This document shows positions 8,946-19,471 of a stretch of 64,000 nt of DNA, piece after piece. This DNA is from Candidatus Woesearchaeota archaeon (lineage in GTDB: Archaea > Nanobdellota > Nanobdellia > Woesearchaeales > DSVV01), in the NCBI GenBank assembly GCA_018661705.1, contig JABJHR010000003.1, positions 601 through 64,600 on the forward strand. Direction: 5' to 3'. The notes below the pieces were generated by a model that did no database searches, had not been told where the DNA came from, and worked only from the letters and a program-made list of their open reading frames with translations. A program made the translations under genes and the position numbers. Positions within the stretch are counted from its first letter, which is position 1, and each line of letters starts with the position of its first letter.

Positions 8946-10511
8946 TCAATCTATATACTTATTCTTAATCCTACAAACATTAAACAATTCATGATCATGG
9001 CAATGAAGACAGATACAAGGATTAATAATAGATCTATCGTTCAAATAAGATTCTTTAAAATCAGAATTAATTTCCATTAATCTCTTTAAAATGATATTAT
9101 GATATAGCTGTTTTAAATTATCATTTGCTTTAACACCTTTGTTTAAATGAATTTTAATATTAAAATTAATATTTTCTTTTTTATCATAATCCACACCAAT
9201 TCTAAAACTTTTAGTAGATTTAATTAATCTTGGATGAGAATGGAGACACATCTCTATTTGGTGAGGATAAACATTTGCGCCATCTAATGAGATTGTACCA
9301 TCACTTCTTCCAACAACATACAAAAATGGAAGTTTAAGAACATCATTTTTAAGAACTTCTTTTGTAATAGATTTATTTCCAAATTTCTTTAATTTTTTTG
9401 CAATTTTGGGTTCATATTTATCTAATAGTTTAATCATGTCTGTATATTTAATCACACCGCCTTCATCATGAAGATTATATTTTATTTTAGGACTAACAAC
9501 ATTCTTATCAAGTAAACTAATTTGATATTCTTGTTTGCCTTGTTTGTTGATATGATTAGTAATACAATGCATTGAAGGATTATATTGAAATAACATAGGC
9601 AATTTTTCATGATGTCCAAACAATTCCATACTTAATTTTTTATTCTTACTGGCCACCTTTCTTATTAATTGCGAAAACGGAGTTTCAAAACCAACACCTA
9701 TATCAATATCACTTGCACCATATGAACTAATAACTTTAGCTCCTTTTTTGAGATGATTTTTAACATAATCAACCCATTCGAGAATAATACCTTCTCCACC
9801 CGTAATGATATCAACATTATAGTCTTTCCAATTAATTTTCTTTTTTCCTTCATCAAGCAAATGTTTAACAAAAGGCGGATAACCAGCAATAATATAATTA
9901 TATTTTTTACCAAAGGTCTTTAGTGTTTTGATTATATTTTCAACATCTGTATCAGTATTTTTTACAAGACAATAATGTTCGATAATTTCGCAGAATTTAA
10001 CGCCAGTTGCCCACGGACCAGTCGACCATGCACTTAATACAATGTAATCTTTATTATCAGAATCAAAGGTATAATTAAATTCAAACTTTGCTGCTTTAAA
10101 CAACATATCTTCTTCCTTTACAGACCTTATCCAGTTTGTTGGACTCCCACTACTACCAGAACTTTCGTCAATATTTCCCCTAAAAGGAAGCACACCATTA
10201 AAACATCTAGCTTCATACCCATATTTTTTAATATAATTCTTTTTATTTGTTTGAGGCACAAATTTGTTATAATCTTCAAAAGTTTTAATTTTACTAACAT
10301 CCACATTATTTTTTTTCAAGAAATCAGCATAAGCAGGAACATTCTTGGCTGCGTGTTTAAAAACAGCAATTAATTTTTTTTTAGAAATTTCTTCTAAAAC
10401 TTCAGGATTAGACTTTGTAACAAGAATTTTGGCTTTTTTGTAATCATTCATTACAAAAGACTCAAACCTAGTTAAAACTGATACAGGTAATAATTTCACC
10501 AAATTTTTCAT
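8946..10511 (-). CDS. Adenylate-forming enzyme of the PaaK / CoF390-synthetase / GH3-like superfamily.
   Basis: A DESSGSSGSPTNW P-loop-like motif resembles the (S/T)SG(S/T)TG.P motif of acyl-adenylate-forming enzymes. Length is 521 aa. Confidence 0.4.
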   Translation of the reverse strand: MKNLVKLLPVSVLTRFESFVMNDYKKAKILVTKSNPEVLEEISKKKLIAVFKHAAKNVPAYADFLKKNNVDVSKIKTFEDYNKFVPQTNKKNYIKKYGYEARCFNGVLPFRGNIDESSGSSGSPTNWIRSVKEEDMLFKAAKFEFNYTFDSDNKDYIVLSAWSTGPWATGVKFCEIIEHYCLVKNTDTDVENIIKTLKTFGKKYNYIIAGYPPFVKHLLDEGKKKINWKDYNVDIITGGEGIILEWVDYVKNHLKKGAKVISSYGASDIDIGVGFETPFSQLIRKVASKNKKLSMELFGHHEKLPMLFQYNPSMHCITNHINKQGKQEYQISLLDKNVVSPKIKYNLHDEGGVIKYTDMIKLLDKYEPKIAKKLKKFGNKSITKEVLKNDVLKLPFLYVVGRSDGTISLDGANVYPHQIEMCLHSHPRLIKSTKSFRIGVDYDKKENINFNIKIHLNKGVKANDNLKQLYHNIILKRLMEINSDFKESYLNDRSIINPCICLHCHDHELFNVCRIKNKYID

Positions 10512-10764
10512 TGTTCTAATTTAGAGATATATCTTTATATAAAGATTGTGGTGAAACATATATTTTCAATAATGAAAATAAATAAATAGATAAAAAAGTT
10601 TATATATAGATATAGATAACTATATGGTGTCGGTTACCATTAAAGTGTGACAAACAACATAGTGATTTGGTGATAATATCGCAGAAACAGTAATTGATTT
10701 TTCAAACATTGTACTTGATAGAGTTAGATCAGAGAATAGAGTAAGTGTTAGTTACCTTTGTGGC

Positions 10765-12543
10765 ATGTATGCTATATACAAAAGCAAAGGAAAAGATGAT
10801 TTAGAATTAGTTCTTAAAGATGTTATGGAAAAGAATGTTAGGGCAAAATTAATCCCCTTTGAAGAATTTAGTGCAATAGTTACAAACCCAACACAAAGTG
10901 TTGATGCAATCCTATATCATGTTATAAAAGAAAGAATGATCCAAGAAACAGGATTGCCAAGAGAAGAACTATCTTATTTAACAGGTTATAGGGGAATATT
11001 AAAAGATCCTGAGTTTAAAGATAGAATACACTTAGCCCCTGTTAATTTTATGTTTGATCAGTTTACAAAACTAAATGCAGATAAAAATAATGTTGTAGAT
11101 GGAAATTCTCTTCGTAAAGAAAGGATATTAGGAGAAAAATTAATGATTAGACATATAGAAAGGGCATGTACATTAGAATATTTAAAAGCATTAAGATTAC
11201 ATTTTAGAGACGATAATGAAACCATTAGTCAATTATTAGAAGATGATTGGCACACTACAAGAGGTGCTTGGAATGTTTCTGGAGAAGCAAAAAGTGATGA
11301 AATAATTATATCTGATTTTTTAAACTTAGATAGTTATACAAAAAGCACAAGAAGAAAATCAATTTTATCAACGCCAGGATTTAGTGGTGACGAATATGAA
11401 AGAGCAAGTGAAGGATTAAAATTTGTCTACACATTAAATACAATAACGCATCGAGATTCAGGATGGTTAAGAAAACTTGGAGAACTTTTAAATCCATTTA
11501 TAAGAACAAGACGAGAATCCAGAGAATTACTTATGGACCTAGATAAAGGTGCATCATATAAAAAAGAGATTACCACCTTATCTCAACAAAGAGAACATGA
11601 AGCACTAAGAAGAGTAGAAGAAGCAGAAACACATTTAGAAGAACAAAAAAGATTAACAGAAATTGCAGAAGATGCAAGGGACAATGCTGAAAATGCAAGA
11701 GACCACGCCCTAGTAGCTCAAAGAAATGCTGAACAAGCAAAAACTGAACTTGAAAGAATCTATAAAAGATTTTCACATGATGTTGGAAACACCTTAAATA
11801 TGTTAGCACAACAAGCACATTCTTTGTATAATAATGCAAAAAAAGCAGAAGGTCTTGATGATATTGTAGCATTTAGGACATTTCATCAGAGACATTTATT
11901 GGCATTAAAATCTCAAAGTGAATTAAGTAAAATTAATCATGGAATTGCAGAGGCTAGTCTTTTATTCTTAGATAAAAAATATGAAAAAATTAGAACCAAA
12001 TCACAAATGTTAGATCTAGAAGAATTATTTTCTAATTTTTTACCAACAACAGCGGGCATATATAATGGACTTTTAACCAATTACGAAGAAGATAAAAATT
12101 ATGATTCAAAAAAATTATTAATTACTGAAGTGAAATTTGAACCTGGAGATTATAAAACGTTTTTACATCAATCATTATTTTACAGTTTTGCGTTTAATTT
12201 ATTTAAAAACGCATATGATGCAACAACAGATAACAATAACGAAAGAAATATTGCAGTTTATGGAAGAGACTTAGGTGATTCAATTGAACTAAGATTTAAA
12301 GATAATGGTTGTGGCATGGATGAAGAAACAAAAAGAATATTGATGACGCCGGATCAAAAAGTAGTATCAAATGAAGGAACAGGCCTTGGTTTTTTTACAA
12401 TTCGACAATTCATAGAATTATACAAAGGAACATATGAAATATTAACACAACAAGGAACTGATTCATACACAGAATTAGTTGTTACATTACCAAAAGAGCA
12501 AGTAAAAGTTCAAACAAGAAAAAGAAGAAGAACTATTGGATAG
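10765..12543 (+). CDS. Cytoplasmic sensor histidine kinase (HisKA + HATPase_c) with an uncharacterised N-terminal sensor region and a central coiled coil.
   Basis: H-box FSHDVGNTLNM, N-box NLFKNAYDAT, G1 DNGCGMD and G2 GTGLGF. No TM helices are present. Confidence 0.75.
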   Translation: MYAIYKSKGKDDLELVLKDVMEKNVRAKLIPFEEFSAIVTNPTQSVDAILYHVIKERMIQETGLPREELSYLTGYRGILKDPEFKDRIHLAPVNFMFDQFTKLNADKNNVVDGNSLRKERILGEKLMIRHIERACTLEYLKALRLHFRDDNETISQLLEDDWHTTRGAWNVSGEAKSDEIIISDFLNLDSYTKSTRRKSILSTPGFSGDEYERASEGLKFVYTLNTITHRDSGWLRKLGELLNPFIRTRRESRELLMDLDKGASYKKEITTLSQQREHEALRRVEEAETHLEEQKRLTEIAEDARDNAENARDHALVAQRNAEQAKTELERIYKRFSHDVGNTLNMLAQQAHSLYNNAKKAEGLDDIVAFRTFHQRHLLALKSQSELSKINHGIAEASLLFLDKKYEKIRTKSQMLDLEELFSNFLPTTAGIYNGLLTNYEEDKNYDSKKLLITEVKFEPGDYKTFLHQSLFYSFAFNLFKNAYDATTDNNNERNIAVYGRDLGDSIELRFKDNGCGMDEETKRILMTPDQKVVSNEGTGLGFFTIRQFIELYKGTYEILTQQGTDSYTELVVTLPKEQVKVQTRKRRRTIG

Positions 12544-12559
12544 TTTGGAGGGCAATAAA

Positions 12560-13828
12560 ATGGTTGGAATAAATGATGATGAATTACAAGCAAGATTAAG
12601 AACAAATCCAGAACCTGGGAGGGGCACTAGACATATTATTGAGGATTATCAACTTGAAGAAATTGAAACAGAATTAGGAACAAAGCAAGCTGAACAAGAA
12701 TCAAAAGTAGAACATGAAAAAGGCACATTTTTAGTTGTTGATGATAGCATTTTAGTATGTAGAACAATTACAGATGCATTAAAAAATTGCGGTTATCATG
12801 CAGAATTTGTTCAAATTGATAGTGGTAAGGCAGATGGACTTAGTCAAGTAGGAAACAGATTAAGACGTGGCACAGAACAAGGAGAATTTTTTGATACAAT
12901 CTTAATGGATGTTGACATGCCAAGTCCAAACAATGGACCAAGCATTGTTATGTCCTTAGATAAAATAATGCACAGTGGTGATTTGCCTTATGCAAACATG
13001 AATTTCTTTACTGGACAAGAAGATGTTGAACCAATTGAAGACATGTTAAGGGGTTATACACTTAATGAACCATGCGGATTTTATTTAAAATCAGAATTAA
13101 GTAATATTAAAGAGATTGAAGGGGAATTAGATGGCCTTGTAAGAACCGGTAGAAGAACAAGAAAACGTGTTTATGAAAGAGTAAGTACTGAAAACACAAG
13201 GGATTTATTGTATATGTTAGGAAGAACACTAGTGGGAAAAATCGTAAGAATAAAGCCAGTTAGAGATAATACAGAAGCTAATGAATTAGTAAGGGGATTT
13301 TATCAATCACTAGAAGCCGCATATAGTGGTTCTAATCTAAAAACTTATCCTGTAAATAGATTAGTCCAGGATTTAGAAAGAAATGCTTATGTAAGAGTAG
13401 ACATAACATCAAGAACAAATGAAGTTGTAAATTGCGATGTGAATTCCACTGAAATTGATAAAAGTGCAAAATTAAATCCTTTTATTAAAAGATTACCAGA
13501 CGTTATTGGAAATATTGGACAACAAGCTGCCGCATACACGCAAAAAGAATCTGATTATGAAGTGAGATTAATCGGAGACACCGCAAGAAATTCAATAAGA
13601 ATTACATTTAGTGGGACGCTAGCAGAAGGTAGAGATTACAGAGAAACAGCAAAAGAATTATTACAAAAAGTTGAGAAAGACATTGCATTTTTAAAATATA
13701 TTGGCGCAAGCATTAGTCCAACACCAGAAATGTTAGATGAAAGGACAGGAGAAACAGAGAAGTATAAAATTCCAGCAACACAAAATTTTAGATTTACAAT
13801 GTTGCTTAAAAATGCCTACACCAAATAA
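12560..13828 (+). CDS. Response regulator (REC domain) with an unknown ~240-aa output domain.
   Basis: LVVDDSILVCRTITDALKNCGY ... ILMDVDMP receiver-domain signature. It starts 17 bp after the HK stop. I prefer the ATG at 12560 over the track's TTG at 12536. Confidence 0.65.
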   Translation: MVGINDDELQARLRTNPEPGRGTRHIIEDYQLEEIETELGTKQAEQESKVEHEKGTFLVVDDSILVCRTITDALKNCGYHAEFVQIDSGKADGLSQVGNRLRRGTEQGEFFDTILMDVDMPSPNNGPSIVMSLDKIMHSGDLPYANMNFFTGQEDVEPIEDMLRGYTLNEPCGFYLKSELSNIKEIEGELDGLVRTGRRTRKRVYERVSTENTRDLLYMLGRTLVGKIVRIKPVRDNTEANELVRGFYQSLEAAYSGSNLKTYPVNRLVQDLERNAYVRVDITSRTNEVVNCDVNSTEIDKSAKLNPFIKRLPDVIGNIGQQAAAYTQKESDYEVRLIGDTARNSIRITFSGTLAEGRDYRETAKELLQKVEKDIAFLKYIGASISPTPEMLDERTGETEKYKIPATQNFRFTMLLKNAYTK

Positions 13829-13916
13829 TTAATTTTTTTCTTTTTTAATTTTATTTTTAAAGATATAAATACCAATATAAGAATCAATAATAACAGAAAA
13901 ATCAATAAAAATTAAA

Positions 13917-14291
13917 TCAGATTAATTCCCTACTATGTAACACATATCCAATATACATTCCCACAATAAAGAATATTAAGATATATTTTGTTTCTCCATG
14001 AAAACTTCCAAAAACAAAACCCACTAAATAAGCAATAGTTATCAAAACAAAAGGAATTTGAAAGTGGTATTTCCTTAAAAGCCAACCCCTACCAATAATA
14101 ATTCCAGACAGAAGAATAATCATGTAAGTAACAACCGCACTTCCAGACCATAAAGCAACAATAAAACCAATTATTAAAATAAATATGAAAGAATACTCTA
14201 CCCAAAATCTAGTAAGATTAAAAAAACCAGCTTTTTTGTTTTTCAATATTTCTATCATATTTTCACCAGCACATAATAATTCAATAAACAT
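13917..14291 (-). CDS. Small integral membrane protein.
   Basis: About 4 predicted TM helices. No recognisable motif. Confidence 0.4.
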   Translation of the reverse strand: MFIELLCAGENMIEILKNKKAGFFNLTRFWVEYSFIFILIIGFIVALWSGSAVVTYMIILLSGIIIGRGWLLRKYHFQIPFVLITIAYLVGFVFGSFHGETKYILIFFIVGMYIGYVLHSRELI

Positions 14292-14294
14292 GCA

Positions 14295-15035
14295 TTAATC
14301 TGCAAGGTTCCACGCCCCTCTTTCAAACAACACATAGTAAACTAACCAAACAACTAATCCAATTAATGCGGCAAATATTAAGGAATAAAACTTAAATTGG
14401 AAAAGGAAGATATAACCTATTAAAAAGAAGAGTATGATAATAAACCAATTTCTGTTTGCAAAAAACATATGTGTCCCATCATGCCTTGGGAAAGGCAGCA
14501 TTGCAAAAATAGCAAAGTACAAACAAATGAAAGTAACATGATTAAAAAAAGCAGATGCAACATTAAACAAAGCTAATGTCTTAAAAAAGGTTGCAACTAA
14601 AAGCAATGCTAAAGGGCCTGCAGCAGCTATAAAACCAGTTGTAAAATAATTTAATCCATACCTAAAATGCCCTAGTCTTAAAACTACCATGTGATGAAAT
14701 ATAATTCCTCCTGGTAAAACAACATATAATTTTCCTCCAGAAAGAATGGCAACAATTACACCGATTAACAAACCATTAGACCATTTTTTATATTCACAAG
14801 TAAAATTCATAAATAATGATGCGGCTTTATGAACAAAATCATAAACAAAAATAACACCACTCATAATCAAAATATGTTTTAAATAATTAAATAACCAATA
14901 ACTCAATGTAAAAGTTGGTTGTTTATCATTATACGCAAAAATGAAAGCTATAACTAATACAGTTATAACAAGATCTTGCACCTCTGCTTTTTTCCACCTA
15001 AGATGACGCCTTAATTTCATTAAATATTGGCCCAT
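14295..15035 (-). CDS. Polytopic membrane protein.
   Basis: About 7 hydrophobic helices. No clear protease (HExxH) motif. Confidence 0.4.
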   Translation of the reverse strand: MGQYLMKLRRHLRWKKAEVQDLVITVLVIAFIFAYNDKQPTFTLSYWLFNYLKHILIMSGVIFVYDFVHKAASLFMNFTCEYKKWSNGLLIGVIVAILSGGKLYVVLPGGIIFHHMVVLRLGHFRYGLNYFTTGFIAAAGPLALLLVATFFKTLALFNVASAFFNHVTFICLYFAIFAMLPFPRHDGTHMFFANRNWFIIILFFLIGYIFLFQFKFYSLIFAALIGLVVWLVYYVLFERGAWNLAD

Positions 15036-15364
15036 ATATCTATCTATTATATTAAGTATTTTTAAATATTGTGATATTTTATAGATATATTCTCTTTTTT
15101 ATAATAATATAGTAATAAGATAGTAAGGATATAATAAGAGTATACCATGAAAAAACAAAATTTAGTGAAAAAAATAGCATTCGCAATTGTTGAAGAATAT
15201 TTTACTTTATTTTCTATTATAAAAAACAACATGGCCAGATGATCCGAATAAAATGAGGCGAATAGGATATTTTCTGCAGGAAAAAGTCCGTCTATGCCAT
15301 GAATGTTGTTTTTTGTTCATTCATTATTTCTTAATAATACAACATATCAAATCAAAAACAAAAA

Positions 15365-16582
15365 TCATAAAGAATAATAATCTTGCAATACAATTTTATC
15401 AATTTCTTTAACATCTTTTACAACATATAATTTACCATTACCGGTTTCAGCTAATTTTTTTGCTAAAATCTTTCCTGGCTTATCAAGATTAATTCCAACT
15501 ACAGAAATAGTAATGCCATTCGCAGCAGCAATGTTAGCAGCATCCAAAGTTTCTTGTTGAGGATCTTTTCCAACTGTTGGCAAAGCATCTGTTAATATTA
15601 AAAGATGTTTTGTAACATCTTCTGCAGGAAACATATTAATTGCACGTTTAATTGTAACTCCAAAATCTGTTTCAGAGGTTGCTTTAATCACTGAAATTTC
15701 TTTAAGTAACATTAAAAAGTCATCTGTCGGCATTATTTCTTGTTTTATTTCTTTTCCAAACACCATTAATCCTACTTTGTCTTTTTCTTCAATTGCTTTA
15801 AACGCTAGAGAGATTCCTGCTTTTTTACACATGACTAGTTTCTCTCCTTTCATACTTCCACTACTATCCAAAGCATAAACAACATACACCTTTCCTTTAG
15901 CTTGTCTTTCAAAACTTTTTAGATCATTTATCTTTAAACTAGAATGGCCTCTTCTAATTGCAGTCTTAATTGATCTTTTCAATGCAACATCCCTATATCT
16001 ATCAGATTTTCTAAAAATTTTAGTATTTGTCTTACTACCATAAATATGATTCTTTTTATGAAACCTTTCTCCAAGAACACCTTTTGGGGTTAAATTATCA
16101 ATTTCTTCTGTGTATAAAATCAGACCAGCTAACTGAATTCCTTCGTCAGTGATTGTATTATTTTTATCAATAATTCCTTCTGCTTTAAGATCTCTTAATT
16201 GAGATTCCATTTTTCCTGCTAATTCTCTTTGAAACTCAGGAATTTTAATATTTTTTTCAATATATCTTGGATCATATCCACTAAAATATTTTATCAAAGA
16301 TTCACCATAAATATTTTTAGCTAATTTATAATTATCAACAAACTTTTCCATCATTAAATCTGGTGCAAAAGAAGTTATACCTTGGGTTAATGCACCCATA
16401 ATTAGTTTTCCATTATCAATAGTTTTTTTATCATTTTCCATGATAGAATTCATTAACTGGCTACCCTTACCTGGTTTTCCTTTTTGTTCAAAAGATGGCT
16501 CGGTTTTCTTAACCTTTGCCTTTTTACCTTTTTTTAATTTATCTACAGATTTATCACCCTGACACCTCGCCTTTCTTCTCAC
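15365..16582 (-). CDS. VWA-domain protein (ChlD-like partner of the AAA+ ATPase).
   Basis: MIDAS motif YALDSSGSM (DxSxS) in the C-terminal half, with a Lys-rich N-terminus. It overlaps the upstream ATPase gene by 29 nt. Confidence 0.7.
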   Translation of the reverse strand: MRRKARCQGDKSVDKLKKGKKAKVKKTEPSFEQKGKPGKGSQLMNSIMENDKKTIDNGKLIMGALTQGITSFAPDLMMEKFVDNYKLAKNIYGESLIKYFSGYDPRYIEKNIKIPEFQRELAGKMESQLRDLKAEGIIDKNNTITDEGIQLAGLILYTEEIDNLTPKGVLGERFHKKNHIYGSKTNTKIFRKSDRYRDVALKRSIKTAIRRGHSSLKINDLKSFERQAKGKVYVVYALDSSGSMKGEKLVMCKKAGISLAFKAIEEKDKVGLMVFGKEIKQEIMPTDDFLMLLKEISVIKATSETDFGVTIKRAINMFPAEDVTKHLLILTDALPTVGKDPQQETLDAANIAAANGITISVVGINLDKPGKILAKKLAETGNGKLYVVKDVKEIDKIVLQDYYSL

Positions 16583-17597
16583 TATTGGAAGAAAAGCCAG
16601 GGTTTTTGTCTAAAAATTTTTCAAATTCATCTTTAACAAATTTAACAGGATCTTGAAGATATTTCACAGAAGGTTTTAATTTTATCCTGTGTGCAATTAC
16701 TGATTCCATTACAGCTTTTATATCATCAAATTTAACTTCATTACTTCCATTTAATTTTGCATTTGCTTGCGCTCTTTCGTATAAACCTAGGGTAGCCCTT
16801 ACACTTGGTTTTTGTTCAAGATTTTCATTCTGTCTTAATTCTTGAATAAATGCAACACAGTAATGCAAAAGATCTTCTGGAAATGTAATTCCTAAATCAA
16901 GACCTTTTGATATTGCAATCTTTTTTTCTATTTCAAGATTTTCAGGGTAACCCATGTAAACTAAATCAAATCTATCTAATAAAACATCATTTAATTTTTC
17001 AGTTGAACTATCATGCGGATTCATTGTTGCAATCAACACAAAATCAGCTGTTAAATCAACATCATAACTCCCAATAGTTGCTTTTTTCTCCTCAAGAACT
17101 TGTAATAATGCGTTTTGTAATTTTTCAGGACACCTATTTAATTCGTCAAAGAACAAAACACCATTATTTGCCTTAAAGATCTTACCAGGGGTAAATGCTT
17201 CTAATGATAATGGACCAAATTTCATTGCTTTAATTGGGTCAATATCACCAATTAAATCTTCAGCTGTTAAATCTGGGCTTCCTTGCAGTCTTACAAAACG
17301 TTGTATTCCTGAAATTTTAATTTGTTTTACTTTTTTTCCTAAACGACAAGTAGGACATAAAGGTTCAGATGGCAAACAATTATAACCACAATCATTAACC
17401 TCTATTTCTGGTAACAATTTAGCTACACTTTTTGCTAATGTTGTTTTACCAATACCTGGTGGCCCCACTACTATAATGTGTCTGCCACATAATAAAGCAG
17501 ATTTAAGATGATGTTTGATTTCTTGTTGTCCAAGTATGTCTTGTAAAATGTCTTTCCCCAATAGTTTTAAATCTAGTTTTTTTGATATCATGGCCAT
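16554..17597 (-). CDS. Mg-chelatase subunit I-like (ChlI/BchI/MoxR) AAA+ ATPase.
   Basis: Walker A GPPGIGKTT, LLPEIEV motif followed by a Cys/Pro-rich segment as in ChlI/BchI, and ATMNP....LLDRF sensor/arginine-finger region. Confidence 0.7.
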   Translation of the reverse strand: MAMISKKLDLKLLGKDILQDILGQQEIKHHLKSALLCGRHIIVVGPPGIGKTTLAKSVAKLLPEIEVNDCGYNCLPSEPLCPTCRLGKKVKQIKISGIQRFVRLQGSPDLTAEDLIGDIDPIKAMKFGPLSLEAFTPGKIFKANNGVLFFDELNRCPEKLQNALLQVLEEKKATIGSYDVDLTADFVLIATMNPHDSSTEKLNDVLLDRFDLVYMGYPENLEIEKKIAISKGLDLGITFPEDLLHYCVAFIQELRQNENLEQKPSVRATLGLYERAQANAKLNGSNEVKFDDIKAVMESVIAHRIKLKPSVKYLQDPVKFVKDEFEKFLDKNPGFSSNSEKKGEVSG

Positions 17598-17648
17598 TAA
17601 AAAAACCACATGGCCTTTATAAAGATTCTCCTTGAAATTAACCAGAAA

Positions 17649-17658
17649 TTATATAAAT
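17649..17658 (+). promoter_or_regulatory. TATA box (ttatataaat) 20-29 bp upstream of the ATG at 17678.
   Basis: Position and sequence fit an archaeal box-A promoter. Confidence 0.3.
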
Positions 17659-17677
17659 TAATTAACCTTAACAAACG

Positions 17678-18860
17678 CATGGAACTTTCACCAGAGCAAC
17701 AAAAGGCATTAGAGGCACAAAAAGAACAATGTCCATTCTGTAAGATAATTAAAGGAGACATCCCTAGCCAAAAAGTCTATGAGGACGATTTAATTACTGC
17801 TGTTTTAGATATTAACCCTGCAAATAAAGGTCATTTGTTAGTAATGCCCAAAGAACATTATCCGATAATGCCACTAATCCCACCAAAAACATTTGAACAT
17901 TTAGCCATTAAAACAAAACAATTAAGCAAATCTGTAAAAGAAGGTGCATTAGTGTTTGGAACAAACATATTTATTGCAAATGGGGCAGCAGCAGGTCAAC
18001 AATCACAACATTTTATGTTACATATAATCCCAAGAGAAGAAAATGACGGCATTTCTGCGTTTGATTATGAAAAAATTGATGTAGATAAAGCAAAAGAAGA
18101 CGAAGCATTCAAAATTTTAGGTCATAACTTGCCAAAAATGTTAAGAGATGTATGTAAAAGATTCCCAATGGAGGGGATTCAACAACCAAAAGTAGGTTAT
18201 TCAAAAGAAGAACTTCTAAAAATAATTGAAATGAATCCACAATTAAAAGAGGCAATCATCAAAAGCCCAGAACAATTTAAGCAAATGATACCCTCTAACC
18301 CACAATTAAAACAACTATTTGAAAATATTGATGTTAATGAAATAATTGAAACAGTTAGTGGTAAGAAAATGACAAACGCAATTGACGCTGAGTTTAATGC
18401 TCCTGAAGTTACTGAAACGCCAGAAGGAAATGGTAAATTTGATGCAATCCAACAAGTATTACAAGGAGGAGCACAAGAAGGCATTACAGGAGAAGAAACA
18501 ACAAACAAAGATGAAGAACCAGAAACAATTATAGATACTATTGAACATAATCCAAAATTAAAAACATTACTAATTAATGACCCTGAAACATTAAAACAAA
18601 AGATTCAGGACGTTCCACAATTACAAGAATTATTTGGAGATCAAGATATTGATGCATTAAGAAATGAAATTTTAGAAAGAGAACAAAATAGAAGTGAAGA
18701 AAGTAGTGATGATGATGAAGACCAAAACGATGAAAATCAAGAAAAATCTTCAGATGATGAGGATTATGACGCAGAAGAGGATAGCTCTAATCAAAATAAA
18801 ACAACTAAAATTCCAGAAGAAAATGGTACAAGATCAGATGACATAGCTGATATATTATAA
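17678..18860 (+). CDS. HIT-family hydrolase with a long C-terminal tail containing STI1/DP-like NPxL...PE...PQL repeats and an acidic end.
   Basis: The N-terminus CPFCKIIKGDIPSQKVYEDDLITAVLDINPANKGHLLVMPKEH with HFMLHIIPR is the HIT fold/histidine motif. Two ~40-aa repeats follow: NPQLKEAIIKSPEQFKQMIPSNPQLKQLF and NPKLKTLLINDPETLKQKIQDVPQLQELF. I prefer the start at MELSPEQ (17678). Confidence 0.65.
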
Positions 18861-18861
18861 A

Positions 18862-19392
18862 ATGACTGACTGCAAAATTTGTGCAATTATAAATAAAAAA
18901 GTTCCAGCTAAAATTCTTTATGAAGATGGAGCTGTAATGGCAATTTTATCAGATGAACCAACAATATTTGGGCATTTGTTAATTTTTCCAAAACAACATC
19001 ATCAGACATTAGAAGAAATAGATGATAAAGTAACTTCACAATTATTTTATGTTGCTAGTTATGCTGCCACTGCCATCTTTGAAGGTCTTGGCGCAGAAGG
19101 AACCAATATTGTTATTTGTAATGGTAAAGATAGTTCACAAAAATATCCTCATTTAGTTGTAGATGTTCTCCCTAGAAAAACAAACGACGGAATTAATTTT
19201 CAATGGGATCCTAAAAAACTAACACCAGAAGAAATGGAAGAAATGAAAACAAAAATTAAAGATAAAGCAGATGTAATAACACTAGGTAAAGAAGATACAA
19301 AACCAACACAAGCACCCTCAGAAGGAAAAGAAGAAACAATGAATTATGATGAAGATAATTATTTAGTAAGGCATCTGAGAAGAATCCCCTGA
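18862..19392 (+). CDS. HIT-like protein (second, shorter paralog).
   Basis: CKICAIINKKVPAKILYEDGAVMAILSDEPTIFGHLLIFPKQHH parallels the upstream HIT protein. The histidine triad is degenerate (HLVVDVLPR). It starts 1 nt after the upstream stop. Confidence 0.55.
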   Translation: MTDCKICAIINKKVPAKILYEDGAVMAILSDEPTIFGHLLIFPKQHHQTLEEIDDKVTSQLFYVASYAATAIFEGLGAEGTNIVICNGKDSSQKYPHLVVDVLPRKTNDGINFQWDPKKLTPEEMEEMKTKIKDKADVITLGKEDTKPTQAPSEGKEETMNYDEDNYLVRHLRRIP

Positions 19393-19471
19393 AATTCTAA
19401 TTAAGAATTAACAAATTAACACCAAAATTCTAAACTCTTATTAAAAAAATAAAAGAAGTAAAAAATTTAAT

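Noticed and set aside
17585-17615. Inverted repeat ggccat-N12-atggcc between the divergent ChlI-like and HIT genes.
   Set aside because: It overlaps the ChlI-like start region (the ATG GCC ATG codons themselves create the palindrome). It is probably coincidental, not a regulatory hairpin.
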